Source of the DNA: Heptranchias perlo | Lineage: Eukaryota | NCBI RefSeq assembly: GCF_035084215.1 | Contig: NC_090330.1 | Span: 42,904,001-42,968,000, forward strand | DNA: 64,000 bases | Reading direction: 5' to 3' | In this document: positions 52,101 through 63,814 of the stretch, piece by piece | Numbering within the stretch: the first letter of the stretch is position 1 | How the letters are laid out: the number at the start of each line of letters is the position of its first letter | Notes under the pieces: model-generated | Databases searched by the model: none | What the model was told of the DNA's origin: nothing | What the model saw: the letters and a program-made list of their open reading frames with translations, nothing else | Position numbers and translations under genes: made by a program

Positions 52101-52373
52101 TGTGGGTCTGGAGTCACATATAGGCCAGACCGGGTAAGGACAGCAGGTTTCCTTCCCTAAAGGGCATTAGTGAACCAGATGGGTTTTTACAACAATCCGG
52201 TAGTTTCATGGCCATCATTACTGATACTGGTATTTTAATTCCAGATTTTTATTTAATTAATGAATTTAAATTCACCAGCTGCCGTGGTAGGATTTGAACT
52301 CATGACTCTGGATTTTAGTCTGGGCCTCTAGGATTACTAGTTTAGTAACATAACCACTATGCTACCATACCCC
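49112..52373 (-). mobile_element. Near full-length single-ORF APE-RT LINE (CR1/L2 group) with a tRNA-derived 5' head and no ORF1
   Basis: Order on minus: tRNA-like head, ~250-nt leader, APE (LLTNIWGL, DRPTRGGG), RT (KAMGPDNIP, NYRPI, QFGFR, FADD), 3' tail and poly(A). A few frameshifts. Confidence 0.9.
52290..52364 (-). promoter_or_regulatory. Type 2 Pol III internal promoter (A box and B box) at the LINE 5' end
   Basis: A box TAGCATAGTGG (52354-52364) fits TRGCNNARYGG. B box GTTCAAATCC (52290-52299) fits GTTCRANNC. Confidence 0.75.
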
Positions 52374-54162
52374 ATAGGGTGTAGGTCATCAGGTCCAGGG
52401 GATTTGTCAGCTTTTAGTCCCATTAATTTCTCCAGTACTTTTTCTTTACTAAGATTAATTACTTTAAATTCCTCACTCTCATTAGACCCTTGGTTCCCCA
52501 CTATTTCTGGTATGTGTTATATGTCTTCTACTGTGAAGACAGATACAAAATATTTGTTTAACGCCTCTGGCATTTCCTTATTCCCCATTGTAATTTCTCC
52601 TGTCTCAGCCTCTAAGGGACCTATGTTTACTTTCGCTACTCCCTTCCTTTTTACATACTTGTAGAATCTCTTACAATCTGTTTTTATATTTCTTGCTAGT
52701 TTACTCTCATATTCAATTTTCTCCCTCTTTATCATTTTTTTGGTCATCCTTTGCAGGTTTTTAAAACTCTCCCAGTTCTCAGGCTTACTACTCTTCTTGG
52801 AAATATTCTAAGCCTCTTCTTTTAATCTAATACTATCCTTAACTTCTTTAATGAGCCACGGATGGATCACTTTTCCCATGGAGTTTTTATTCCTCAATGA
52901 AATGTATATTCATATGTTCGCCATTGCTTATCTACCATCATATCTTTTAATCTAATTTCTCAATCAACCTAACTAGTTAGCCATGGTTGGATCACTTTTC
53001 CTGTGGGGTTTTTCTTCCTCAATGGTATGTATATTCGTTGGAAATTATGAATAATTTCTTTAAATGTTCGCCATTACTTATCTAGCGTCATCTCTTTTAA
53101 TCTAATTTCCCAATCTACCTTAGCCAACTCACCTCTCGTACCTACATACTTGGCCTTGTTTAAATTTAAGACCCTAGTTTCAGACTTAACTACATCACTC
53201 TCAAACTCAATATGAAATTCTATCATATTAAGATCACTCTACCCCAGAGGATCCCTTACTATGAGATTACTAATTAACCCTGTCTCATTACACAAGACTA
53301 GATCTAAAATAGCTTGCTCCCTGGTTGGTTCCACGACATATTGTTCCAGGAAACTGTCTCGAATACATTCGTTCTCCAATTTACTTTTCCCAATTTGATT
53401 TGCCCAGTCTATATGAAGATTAAAGTCCCCCACGATTATTGCATTACCTTTTTTACAAGCATCTTTTATTTCTTGATTAATACTCTGTCCAACAACTGTT
53501 AGGAGGCCTATAAACAATCCCACAAGTGTTTTCTGTCCCTTATTATTTCTTATCTCCACCCATACTGATTCTACTTCCTGATCTTCCAAGCCAACATCCT
53601 TTCTCACTACTGTCTTTATGTCATCCTTTTTTATCAGGGCTACCACCACCCCCCGCCCCACCTTTTCCATTTTGTCCACGTCTCAGTAAAGGCTATTAGA
53701 TCAAACCCATTTATCTCTATTTGTGGCATTAATTCATCTATGCTTTGTGCATTCAGATAAAGTGCCTTTAATTTTTACTATATTTTCCTGATTCGACCCT
53801 ATTCACTGATGAACTATTACTGTTAAATTCTCTGTCCCTTCCTGACACATTCTGCTTATCTTTACCCTAATTGCTACACTGCTCTATGGCCTTGACTTTT
53901 CTCTTTAGATTTATAAATTTACCCTTAACTGAACCCTCCCTCCCTCATCTTTCCCTGACACACAATACATTTAGGGCAGCTCATTTATCTAATCGAGCAT
54001 ACTGGTACATTTTGCTAAGATGTCTGCTTCCACTGTTTTTTATATTTTTGAAACTGTTAAATTCAAGATTGCTGTAATATAAGTTTAGTGATTGACAATC
54101 AATTAGATTATTTTGATAAAAATCAATAAAGTACTCGTGAAGCACGTCAGTTGTCAGCTGGT

Positions 54163-54176
54163 CCACTAGATGGCAG
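54163..54176 (+). promoter_or_regulatory. Candidate CTCF binding site
   Basis: CCACTAGATGGCAG closely matches the CTCF core CCASYAGRKGGCRS, in apparently unique sequence. Confidence 0.5.
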
Positions 54177-54549
54177 GCCATGCAGAAAAGTGGGGGGGAA
54201 GGAAATGAGATGGTCTAGGGTATATCTGACTTAGCTAATTTTAGCAAAAAAGTAGACATAAGTAAAAAGTCGTAGAATAAAGTACAATGTGTGCTTCAAA
54301 CTGTCCTAAACATCCAAAATTGGTTAATGAACATTCGTGAAAAGTTAATTTTAAAAAAGGCATATTTTAAGGTCATTAATTAAGCTAATCAAAAAGACAA
54401 ATTTCACCCCCCAAGTTGTTAAATATATTAATGAGGAAATTGTTCACCGTTCCCCAGCTGCAAATTCAAATCAAAAGATGACTTTTAACTCCAGGTGAGA
54501 CCTGCTATTAGTCAGCTTAACAAATGGGAAAAATTCAAAGGCATAGAAA

Positions 54550-55210
54550 TTAGATATTAGAACTGGGCGCAGGAAACAATCCCTGGCCCTGTCTCACACG
54601 ACATTGGGCATCGGGCTTCATTTGCATGAGACCACCGAGCTGCAGACACCTGGTGGGTGCCCCCAGGCAGCTCGCGATGAAGAGGATTTCAATTTTTGGA
54701 TCGCTGTGCCACCAGCTGCATTCCTCAAGTAGGTCCTGGGAGAGGGGGGCAAGCAATTGGGAGGGAGGGGGTGATTGGGAAGGAGGGAGTTGATCAGGGG
54801 GGTGGGGGTGATCGGGAGGGGGCTGAGCAGGGGCTGGCAACAATGTTCGGCACTGCAGTGGAACCAGGAGGGAGACTCCTGCACCTCCCGGCTTAACATT
54901 CAGGTAAGTATTTTTTTTAACAAACTTACTTTGTTGGTGGCAGCCTCTAGTGGTCCCTTTAAGAACCATTGATTAGACCACATATAGACCATGTTTTCCT
55001 GAACGCAGCCAGCCTGGTTCCAGCTGTGTTCTGACAGCCTAATTTTGCAAAGGAGTGTCAAACGGCCGTTAGGCCGCTTATTTGCATACGTAAAGGGCTT
55101 AACGCCTGTTTACCAATATGGTGGTTGGTGCATTTCTATCACGTAATAAGAACACGTGTCCCGCCTGCCATATTGAATGGTAGGCACCTGTTTCACACCT
55201 GAAAAACGAG
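54550..55210. mobile_element. Probable Harbinger-type non-autonomous element
   Basis: GC-rich island with ATTTGCAT motifs near both ends, a G-rich interior and a CAGGTAAGT...ACTTAC module shared with other MITEs here. TIRs weak. Confidence 0.4.
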
Positions 55211-56438
55211 CACGGCACTGTCAAGTTTGTAGGCCAAAGTATCGCCATGGCAGCCAGGATTATACATTGTAAGTGTGTGGTGGGGTTCTGGCAATAAATG
55301 TATTATCATTAGGAATCTAAATTCATTTCCTAAGTGTCCCAGGAAATGTAAAGCCAGAAGTGACTGCCGTTTCATTGGTAGAGAAATTTATTTTTGAACA
55401 AGTTAAAGTTATTCAAAAAGGAAGGAAAGTCTAGAGGGGTTCCTTTTTGTCTAAAGCACTCCTCTATTTCATAGAAGATAAAGTGTCAAATTTCTTCTTG
55501 GTGTGGAGATCCTAGAATTGGGTTTCCCTCTCTGCTGGCTTGTTCAGGAGCCTTGGGACCCCAGAAATCACACAAGAACCTGGGAAATTGTCCTATAACA
55601 CAGTTTCTTGTTTGATGGATAACTGTGATACAGTTTCATCCAATAACTGAAATTACTGGAACACTCAGCATTACAATAAATGATTCCTGAGACAGCGGCC
55701 TTGTTAGTGGGTTGTTCTTTACGGCAAAAACCAGTGTATTATTTTTTTGTTAAAAGGAGAATTTGATCCCTCCTCCAAATTGTTAAATCTGTTAAAGGGG
55801 TGCCCAATTACCCCTTTAACCTTTTGAGTACTGAGTTTTCTTTATGGGGTTTAAAACGACAGTAGGCTGGTTATTCCTCTTGGTGGACAGTGCATCCACT
55901 TATTGCTCGGTACATTTTGCTACTGTTGTTGACAAATTTATTCAATGACTGCTTAGCACTGTTATTCCTGTGTTTAACCCAGAACCATTGTCAGTGCCAG
56001 TGCCAAACAGAGGGCAAAAAAATTGACTAAATAGGTAAATTAAGGCCTTCCCTCAAATGTCATTTGAACTCTAACTTTGAAATCTAACCCTACTGAGATA
56101 AGCATTTTTAGTGATTATTAGCCATTTAATGAACAGGCAATGTGGACAATGCGGACACTGGAAAAACTAGGTTTTTGGGATTTGGGTCAATCATCCACCC
56201 AATTCTGCCAATCACCAATAACCAATTAGCGCCAATGCTGGCTGTAAAATATTATTATATATAATTAGACAAGTATACATCCCCAAAACTTACTCATTTC
56301 ACATGTCATAGCTATTTATTTGCATTATTCTTTGAATAAACTTGTGATGTTCGAACTTCCTTGGCACAAAAATGCTGTGCTCTGGGACTTATGTCCATTA
56401 AAGAGTTACAGCTAAATAATGTTTAGATAGTGAGTGCT

Positions 56439-59345
56439 GGGCTATGATTTTAGCATGGCAATGGGATGTCAGCTGGTGGGTGGATTTGCGCATGGGGAAC
56501 CGGGAGGCAAAGTGAACATGTTTAAATCTGCAATCGTATCTCAATTGCAGTCTATTACCTTTGCTTCTGGGTTTCGCGTCTCCAAGCTGCGCAGCGGGCC
56601 TACTGCGAACCCGAATGATGCAATTTCAAGCCCACTGTTTAAAGGGCCAGTCCAAGAATGGATTTTGAAGGAGAAAGGAGAAATGGAGTTCAAGAAAGCA
56701 AAGACTGCCCCTAGATTGAATGATGCCTCCCTGGATGTACTGCTGGCTGCAGTGAGAGCCAGGAGGGAGGTAGTGTTTCCAATGGATGGTAGGACGAAAC
56801 TTGGCTCTCCAACCAAAGATACTTGGCTGGAGTTAGCAGAAGAGGTGAGCAGCAGGAGCACGGTGCCCAGGTCTTGGGTTCAGTACAGAAAGAGTTTTAA
56901 TGACGTAACCAGGTCAGGAAAGTGAGTACAGTTGTTGATTCATCCACACCCTGTGTAGTTCAACACCCCATCCCCCATCACTCTGTGTTGGCATGCCTAC
57001 CCCATCACATGACTCCTCACATCCACTTAAGGGTCGGCAGCAACAACCATCCTTCACTTTCTATGCACTTCCTCAACTGCCCATTTACTCATCCACCACT
57101 GCCACTTGCTCCAATCCTGATGCAATAAGATGTATCTGTCTTATAGTGACCCTCTGATACATCTCATTCATGGTCAGCTTCACTTAAAGCAATGCATTCA
57201 TAGGGTGAATACGTCATCTTCAGTCACTCACAAGTCTGTTCGTTCTTCCTTTGTAGGAGAAGAGAGTGCAAAACGCAAGCAAGAGGAGCAGAACTGGAGG
57301 TGGCCCACCACATAGTGGTAATGACAGATGTGAAAGAGGAGGCCATGGAAATAAGTCGGACCGTCGCATGTCTGTCCATCGGAGGCAGAAAGACAGGCAA
57401 CCCGCGGATGGCTGGTGACAGAACTTTAACATCTTTCATGCACATGATGAATTGATTTTATCAATGATGTAACTGTGCCAGACCTCAAAAAGGGCATTGG
57501 AAAGATTGTCACTTCTGCAATGAATCATTAATATTGCTTTCTTTTGTCTTCCAGGGCCTTCACGAGGAATCAGCAGACATGGAAGGAAGTAATTCCTCGG
57601 AGGAGCTCATTCCTTCTGAGGGTGCACCATCATGGGACATACAGCCATGCACCAGCGCTGATACTTGCACTTCGGTGGATCCTGTTAGCCAGATAATTCG
57701 GTTGTCACGTGGTGATTCTTCACTCAGAGGTGACGACGAGCATTCACTGGTGGCAGGGGCAGCTGTGGAGAATTGAGAAGAAGAATGATAGAGGTACAGC
57801 AGCAACTTTGCAAAGTAATGGAATAAGTGCCACGGACACTCTCCACAATAGCGGAGAGGATGGAGGAGTCCAACTCCATCGCTAATGGATTGGTGGCGAG
57901 AATTTCTGCAATGGAGAGAATGGTAGCCTCTATTGAGCTTCAAGCATGGCTCTCAAATGAGTCCATGCAGGCCATGACAACGGCCGTATGGACTTTGGAT
58001 GCCAACATGTCTGCCGCCTTAAACAAGCAGACGGATACTTTAGCCATGGCCAGCAGAGTGGTGGGAGTGATGTTGCGCTAGCCCCAGAGAGGGATGATGG
58101 CGAAAGTGTACATGGAAGTGGGGACTCCACTCAAAGTGCTCCCATGTTTCACCCGTTACCCCCTCCTCAACCAGTACCCGTAATGCTGCCTCCTCTCCCG
58201 ATGGATGAGTCTGCCCCTGCACAGATGCAGGTGGAGCAGTCTGTGGTGGGGCCTCACGGGCTCCAAAACCCAGAGGTCGTAGGCTGAGAACATCTCAGCA
58301 GCCACGGCAGGGATCTGAGCAACCTTCCACTACCTCTGCTGAAGCCACAGGGGATGCACCACATAGAAGCGGTAGAAAGAGAAAGGCTAAGCATTTGTAA
58401 TTCACCAACGGTATGCACAAAGGTGTTTGAAGAGCTGTCTTGTTAATTTATATATTTTTTTTGTTATGGTGCATTAAATTTAATCATTATCATCACCACT
58501 GCCATTATTGAGTCCCTTTTGTAAATTCACCCTTTCATATGCTTCATTATAAATGCCAAGACATGATGCCACCTATTGGGCGCGTGTGCAATGGGTGTAT
58601 GCGTGGTTAAAGGACTGTTTTGTGCAAAGTGGGGGGTGGTTTGGTGGTTGTTCCGGGCAGCCTGAATGTTTCAAAATCTTCAATTTGCACATCTCATTAT
58701 GAGAACCTGTTAGAGATGAGGGAATCCCTGACATCATGGGCTGCAATGTGTGCGTCTGCTCTGGCGATGGGTTTCCCATCTTTATTTTCCTCCTCCTCTG
58801 ATATACTGTGGAATAGATCCATTGCATCCCCCATCCTGATCTTGTCAGTTTGAGGGGCTCCAAAATGTAGATAAATTTGTCTGAACACAAGAATTCTCAG
58901 TCTCAACAAAGAAATCTCAGTCTAAACACAAAGAACTCCCAGACAAACGTTTGTTGGAGAGAATTGAGTGCCCAGTTGCAATACCTCACCTTTTATTGAG
59001 ATGGTTTAAAGGGCCAAATGAGCTTTGGCTACAACTCGTTCCATTTCAATGGCAAATTTCAGAAGCCATGGGAGACTCGTTCAGGAGTAGTTAAATCTGT
59101 TTCTGTTGCAGAATCCACAAAAAGTTAACTACCTAAAGTGTTTCAACTACCTGAATTGGCCGTTTAAATATCAGCTTGCTGGCTTTAAATGGGGACAGGA
59201 CTTCTGGGTTTCTGTTGCGCGCGCGCGCATCCTAATGTATCTGGGTTAAACCCGGAAGTGAGCTTGTTGGAGCCGGGATGTGGTCCCGCTCCAAAAAGCT
59301 GCTATTTTAACTTCCCACCCGCCCTTGGGGGTTAAAATTACCCCC
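56439..59345 (+). mobile_element. PIF/Harbinger element with a three-exon Myb/SANT gene (+) and a Harbi C-terminal remnant (-, ~58697-58850)
   Basis: Ends GGGCTATGATTTTAGC / GTTAAAATTACCCC. The minus strand ends AAHDVRDSLISNRFS*, typical of a Harbi C-terminus. Confidence 0.8.
56683..58400 (+). pseudogene. Harbinger Myb/SANT-like gene; exons ~56683-56921, 57257-57413 and 57555-58400
   Basis: MEFKKAKTAPRLNDASLDVLLAAV..WLELAEEV..RSWVQYRKSFND, then gtgagt; ttgtag then EKRVQNASKRSRTGGGPP; ccag then ...GRKRKAKHL*. Frameshifts and stops present. Confidence 0.75.
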
Positions 59346-60288
59346 TCATTCTCTGCAGTTTATAGAGGATCTCCCTATTCTCGCAACAACTCAGTGACTA
59401 TGGATGTCCCACAAAAATGCAATCCTAATATCCCATGAAAATTGAATTTCTAAACCCAGGAATGGGCCACAAACAAGGCAGTTTCGTACTTCAGACGCAC
59501 CTCTGTTTGAGAGTTGGAAAACAGCTACACAGAGAATTTTCAGCAAGGACCCAGAAAAAGGCAGCCATCAGAGAATGGACACTTGCCTCTCATCTCTCAG
59601 TACTCAATTTGAGTCCCAACTTAGACTAAGGATTCTAAAAGACGATCCATGGCTTTTAGTCAATATCTCTCACAAAGAAAATTTTAAATCCCATTCACAC
59701 CAGGCCAGATGAAAAGGCAGCATTAAACATAAGAATATTGTTAAGTATATGAAAATCATATTAGGCACTGTAGACTTCTGATTATCCCAACTACTCAAGA
59801 GACAGCAAATCAGTTCAAGCAATTGAGTTTGGCTAACTGGAAGTCAATAACTAAATACTGTAGTTAAATTATTTGGTTGACATAAAGGTGATTCACAAAA
59901 TGCCTCTCTTCAGATAATTGGAAACCTGATAATTGGAATTGTACTGTACTGGATATCTGTTACACCCTTGGGCTATGATTTCATTTGTGGTTGTCTTAAA
60001 TGTGGTTATGTGCGATTAAATCTAGAGTTTCAATTTTTCAGTGAAAAATGCTTGTCACACTGAAGTATATTTTATTTTGCAAAGTATAGTCATTTGGACA
60101 AAAAGTCCTGCAACACTGGGATATGAAAACATTCAGATTTCCCAAAATCCACTTCAAGTTGTGGTACTTTTGTTTTAAAAAGTTGCTTCTGTCGAGGGTG
60201 GTGGTGTGTGTCAGCTTCACCTCTGACTTCTGAGCAGTTCGAATCGCTCCCACTCCCTTGGTTCTAGACCTTGGACTTATTTGGGGGT

Positions 60289-62642
60289 TGTGACAAAAGT
60301 GCAGCAGATAACTGGTTTTGATGCAAGAAACTTTGATCTTTATTCAAGAGAGAAAATACAACACTACAATCTTAACACTCTAATAAAATGGGGAACACTT
60401 CGGTACACACGAGGGAAATTACAGTAGAAAGATACCTCACCCCTCCCAATCCCACTTTACTAGCTAAGTTGGGCTCTAAAGGACCAAAGATAATGCTCAC
60501 CAAACGAATCCTTGACAGTTGAGCTGGTTCGCGATTTTGGGGTTCGCAGTATGTGTTGGTTGGTGTCTGCCATACCTCAGACACGGTAGAGGACTTCAAC
60601 TGCGTAGCTGGTCAGTCTTCACGAGTCCGCTGATACGGTAGGGTGTGTCTTGGATCTATCGGGTGAGTACCCACTTTTCTTTGTAAAGTGATAGGATTTA
60701 GAGTCTTTTGAGTAGAAAACTCACCCAGGGGTAAGTCAGGAATAGATTGTAGAGTGGAAACTTTGCAGATCTTCGGTTTTCTCCCGAGTTGGTTTTCTTT
60801 GGTCGTGGTGGCTCAATATTACCTGGTTGGTTGGTGGTAATATTCGGTTGGTTGTTTCGTAAGGCCCTTGTTGCCGCGAGGTGTCTGATGGTCACTGGGG
60901 CTGTTGTTCTGGTTTCTTCTTGTGTGTCGGCCTGCTTCTAGAGCTGCTGACCTCTGTTGAACTTCTTTCTGTTGCCCCCTTGCCTTGTTGAACTGTTGTC
61001 TCCCAAGCTGTCGAACTCCTGGCTGAACTGAACTTCTTGAGAAAATGGGCCTTCAATTATATTAATTGAAGCCTCCTTATCTGCACGCCAAATCTGACCT
61101 GGTTTATTGTAAGATTTTGGCTGGCTCATTAAGAGTAACTTGTTTATGAAAATGTGTGAAGTGGTTTCGTGATGGTTTCATGAGTTGTTGAGCTCTTGCT
61201 TGATTGTAGTCATTGTGCTCAGGTTTCGAGTTTCCTGACTGGGCCTGAGATTTCTATGGAGTGGGCTGATTGGATTTGTTTTATGCGTGTTTTGGATGGG
61301 TCCTGTAATTTGGGTGGGGACTGCTCTTCCGTGCGTCTATTGTCTGAATGTAAATGTCTGGTCGGGGCTGAGTGAGGTCATACAGTTCCCCAGACAGTTT
61401 GATTAACTCCAACACTCAAACTGTCTATTACAGAGTTGATCCCAACTTCTGTTGCAGCCTTTGTTTTCCTTTACAAGCCGAAACATGCCTTTTTAAAATA
61501 CCAAATCTTGGTTTTTGACCTTGAATCACCCTCTGATAGGCCCAATATTTCATCACCCTGAAATTTTTTTTTTTATTATTCGTTCATGGGATGTGGGCGT
61601 CGCTGGCGAGGCCGGCATTTATTGCCCATCCCTAATTGCCCTTCAGAAGGTGCTGGTGAGCCGCCTTCTTGAACTGCTGCAGTCCGTGTGGTGACGGTTC
61701 TCCCACAGTGCTGTTAGGAAGGGAGTTCCAGGATTTTGACCCAGCGACGATGAAGGAACGGCGATATATTTCCAAGTCGGGATGGTGTGTGACTTGGAGG
61801 GGAACGTGCAGGTGGTGTTGTTCCCATGTGCTTGCTGCTCTTGTCCTTCTAGGTGGTAGAGGTCGCGGGTTTGGGAGGTGCTGTCGAAGAAGCACCTCCC
61901 AAACTGCGAGTTGCTGCAGTGCATCCTGTGGATGGTACACACTGCAGCCACAGTGCGCCGGTGGTGAAGGGAGTGAATGTTTAGGGTGCTGGATGGGGTG
62001 CCAATCAAGCGGGCTGCTTTATCTTGGATGGTGCCGAGCTTCTTGAGTGTTGTTGGAGCTGCACTCATCCAAGCAAGTGGAGAGTATTCCATCACATTCC
62101 TGACTTGTGCCTTGTAGATGGTGGAAAGGCTTTGGGGGGTCAGGAGGTGAGTCACTCGCCACAGAATTCCCAGCCTCTGACCTGCTCTTGTAGCCACAGT
62201 ATTTATATGGCTGGTCCAGTTAAGTTTCTGGTCAATGGTAACCCCCAGGATGTTGATGGTGGGGGATTCGGTGATGGTAATGCCGTTGAATGTCAAGGGG
62301 AGGTGGTTAGACTCTCTCTTGTTGGAGATGGTCATTGCCTGGCACTTATCTGGAGCGAATGTTACTTGCCACTTATGAGCCCAAGCCTGGATGTTGTCCA
62401 GGTCTTGCTGCATGCGGGCTCGGACTGCTTCATTATTTGAGGGGTTGTGAATGGAACTGAACACTGTGCAATCATCAGCGAACATCCCCATTTCTGACCT
62501 TATGATGGAGGGAAGGTCATTGATGAAGCAGCTGAAGATGGTTGGGCCTAGGACACTGCCTGGTTAGAAAAGAGTCCAAAGTCCTTTTCTTTAGGGTTTT
62601 TCTCCGAGTTTTGGGGGATCTGTGAATTTTGAGAATCTTACA
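60289..62642 (-). mobile_element. Possible solo LTR (TG...CA) interrupted by a LINE
   Basis: Begins TGTGAC and ends TTACA; AATAAA on minus ~50 nt from the 3' end; non-coding with a distinct GT-skewed composition. No TSD found. Confidence 0.4.
61564..62560 (-). mobile_element. 5'-truncated copy of the tRNA-headed LINE family
   Basis: ORF 61643-62491 (FADDCTVF) is nearly identical to 49162-50030; same tail and poly(A). Confidence 0.92.
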
Positions 62643-63060
62643 CTTCTTCTATTTGAAAAATAGTTTTGCTGAAGTTCTGAAATCCTTCAGTTTTACTATT
62701 GGCAAACTTACAGCTACCATAATCTGTGTTTGAAAGGAACTGCAAACATGTTGTGCTAGAACACCCCTTCAGCTCTCGAGTAGGGGCTCAAAGTGAGTAC
62801 AGAGCGATGAGAGGCAAGTGTCCTGTCCCTGGTGGCAGTCTTTTTCTGGGTCCTTGTTCAAAATTCTCTGTGTAGCCACTATCCAACTCTTAAACAGAAA
62901 TAAGTCTGCAGTACAAAACTGCCTTGTTTGTGGCCCATTTCTGGGTTTAGAAATTCAATTTTCTAGGGAAATTGGGATCGTATTTTTGTGGGACATCGAT
63001 TGTCATAGAGCTGTTTCTCTAGATCCTGTTGACCTTCCCTGTGGTTTGCTAAAACATAAT

Positions 63061-63720
63061 AGGCCGGAAATTGCTTTAAAAAGAATGGCCATCTCAACAG
63101 CGCTCACCGCTGTTGGTAGTGAAATCGAGGAGCAAGTTCCGGCGTTCGCGCATGTGCAATCAAATGTGGAAATCCGGAACCTGCTCCTCCTGGTGCGCCG
63201 GTGATATAATAGCCTCACATCAAAGGGATATCGCCGGCTGCAATCAACAGAATCAATGGACCTGCGTCAACTTGTTTTTCTGCCCAGCTGGAAAGTAATT
63301 AATATCGCCACAAAACAGGTACGCTTAAAAATATCAGGTCTGTACTAAGTTTTAACAGCACGGTAAGTCTTAATGACTGCCAAGCAACTAAAAATTAACT
63401 TTTAAAAATGTGGACTATTATTACTCCTTACTTATATCAATAGTTTTTGGTCATTACATTTTTTTTAAAATTAAAACATTTAAGAAAAAATTTCTTCTGT
63501 CTTTTTTCTTTAATTCAATTATTTCTTACACTTTTTTTGCTGTCTACAACTGTTTTTACAAATAATTTTAGTGTTGTATCTTTCACTTCCTGGATTTTAT
63601 GTTCCAGCTTGCAGTAACTGTTCGCAGCTTGTCAAAAATACTGCAGTCTGATTGGTTGAGGGGAGAGAGTGATCCTCTTGCTTCTCCCCTGAGTCCAAGC
63701 TTTGCTGGAGCTAACAATGG
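63061..63720. mobile_element. MITE of the 2115-2689 family
   Basis: Starts AGGCCGGAAATTGC; internal similarity to the reverse complement of 2340-2689. Right end not resolved. Confidence 0.6.
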
Positions 63721-63736
63721 GCTCTTCTCTGCGATA

Positions 63737-63814
63737 TTGATGGTGGGGGATTCGGCGATGGTAATGCCGTTGAATGTCAAGGGGAGGTGGTTAGACTCTC
63801 TCTTGTTGGAGATG
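63737..63814 (-). mobile_element. 78-bp internal RT fragment of the tRNA-headed LINE family
   Basis: Nearly identical to 62253-62330. Confidence 0.85.

Larger units (their letters stand above)
44139..53950 (-). mobile_element. Near full-ORF2 CR1 LINE hosting three nested insertions (45121-46633, 46961-48903, 49112-52373)
   Basis: Tail CATAAGAACATAAGAA at 44140. Colinear ORF2 segments on minus at 44139-45120, 46634-46960, 48904-49111 and 52374-53950, including APE IVGDFNL and PTREQAILDLVL. Confidence 0.9.

Noticed and set aside
52285-52373. Functional tRNA gene
   Set aside because: A and B boxes are present, but the anticodon region is duplicated and extended, there is no clean acceptor stem or T-run terminator, and it is contiguous with a retroelement.
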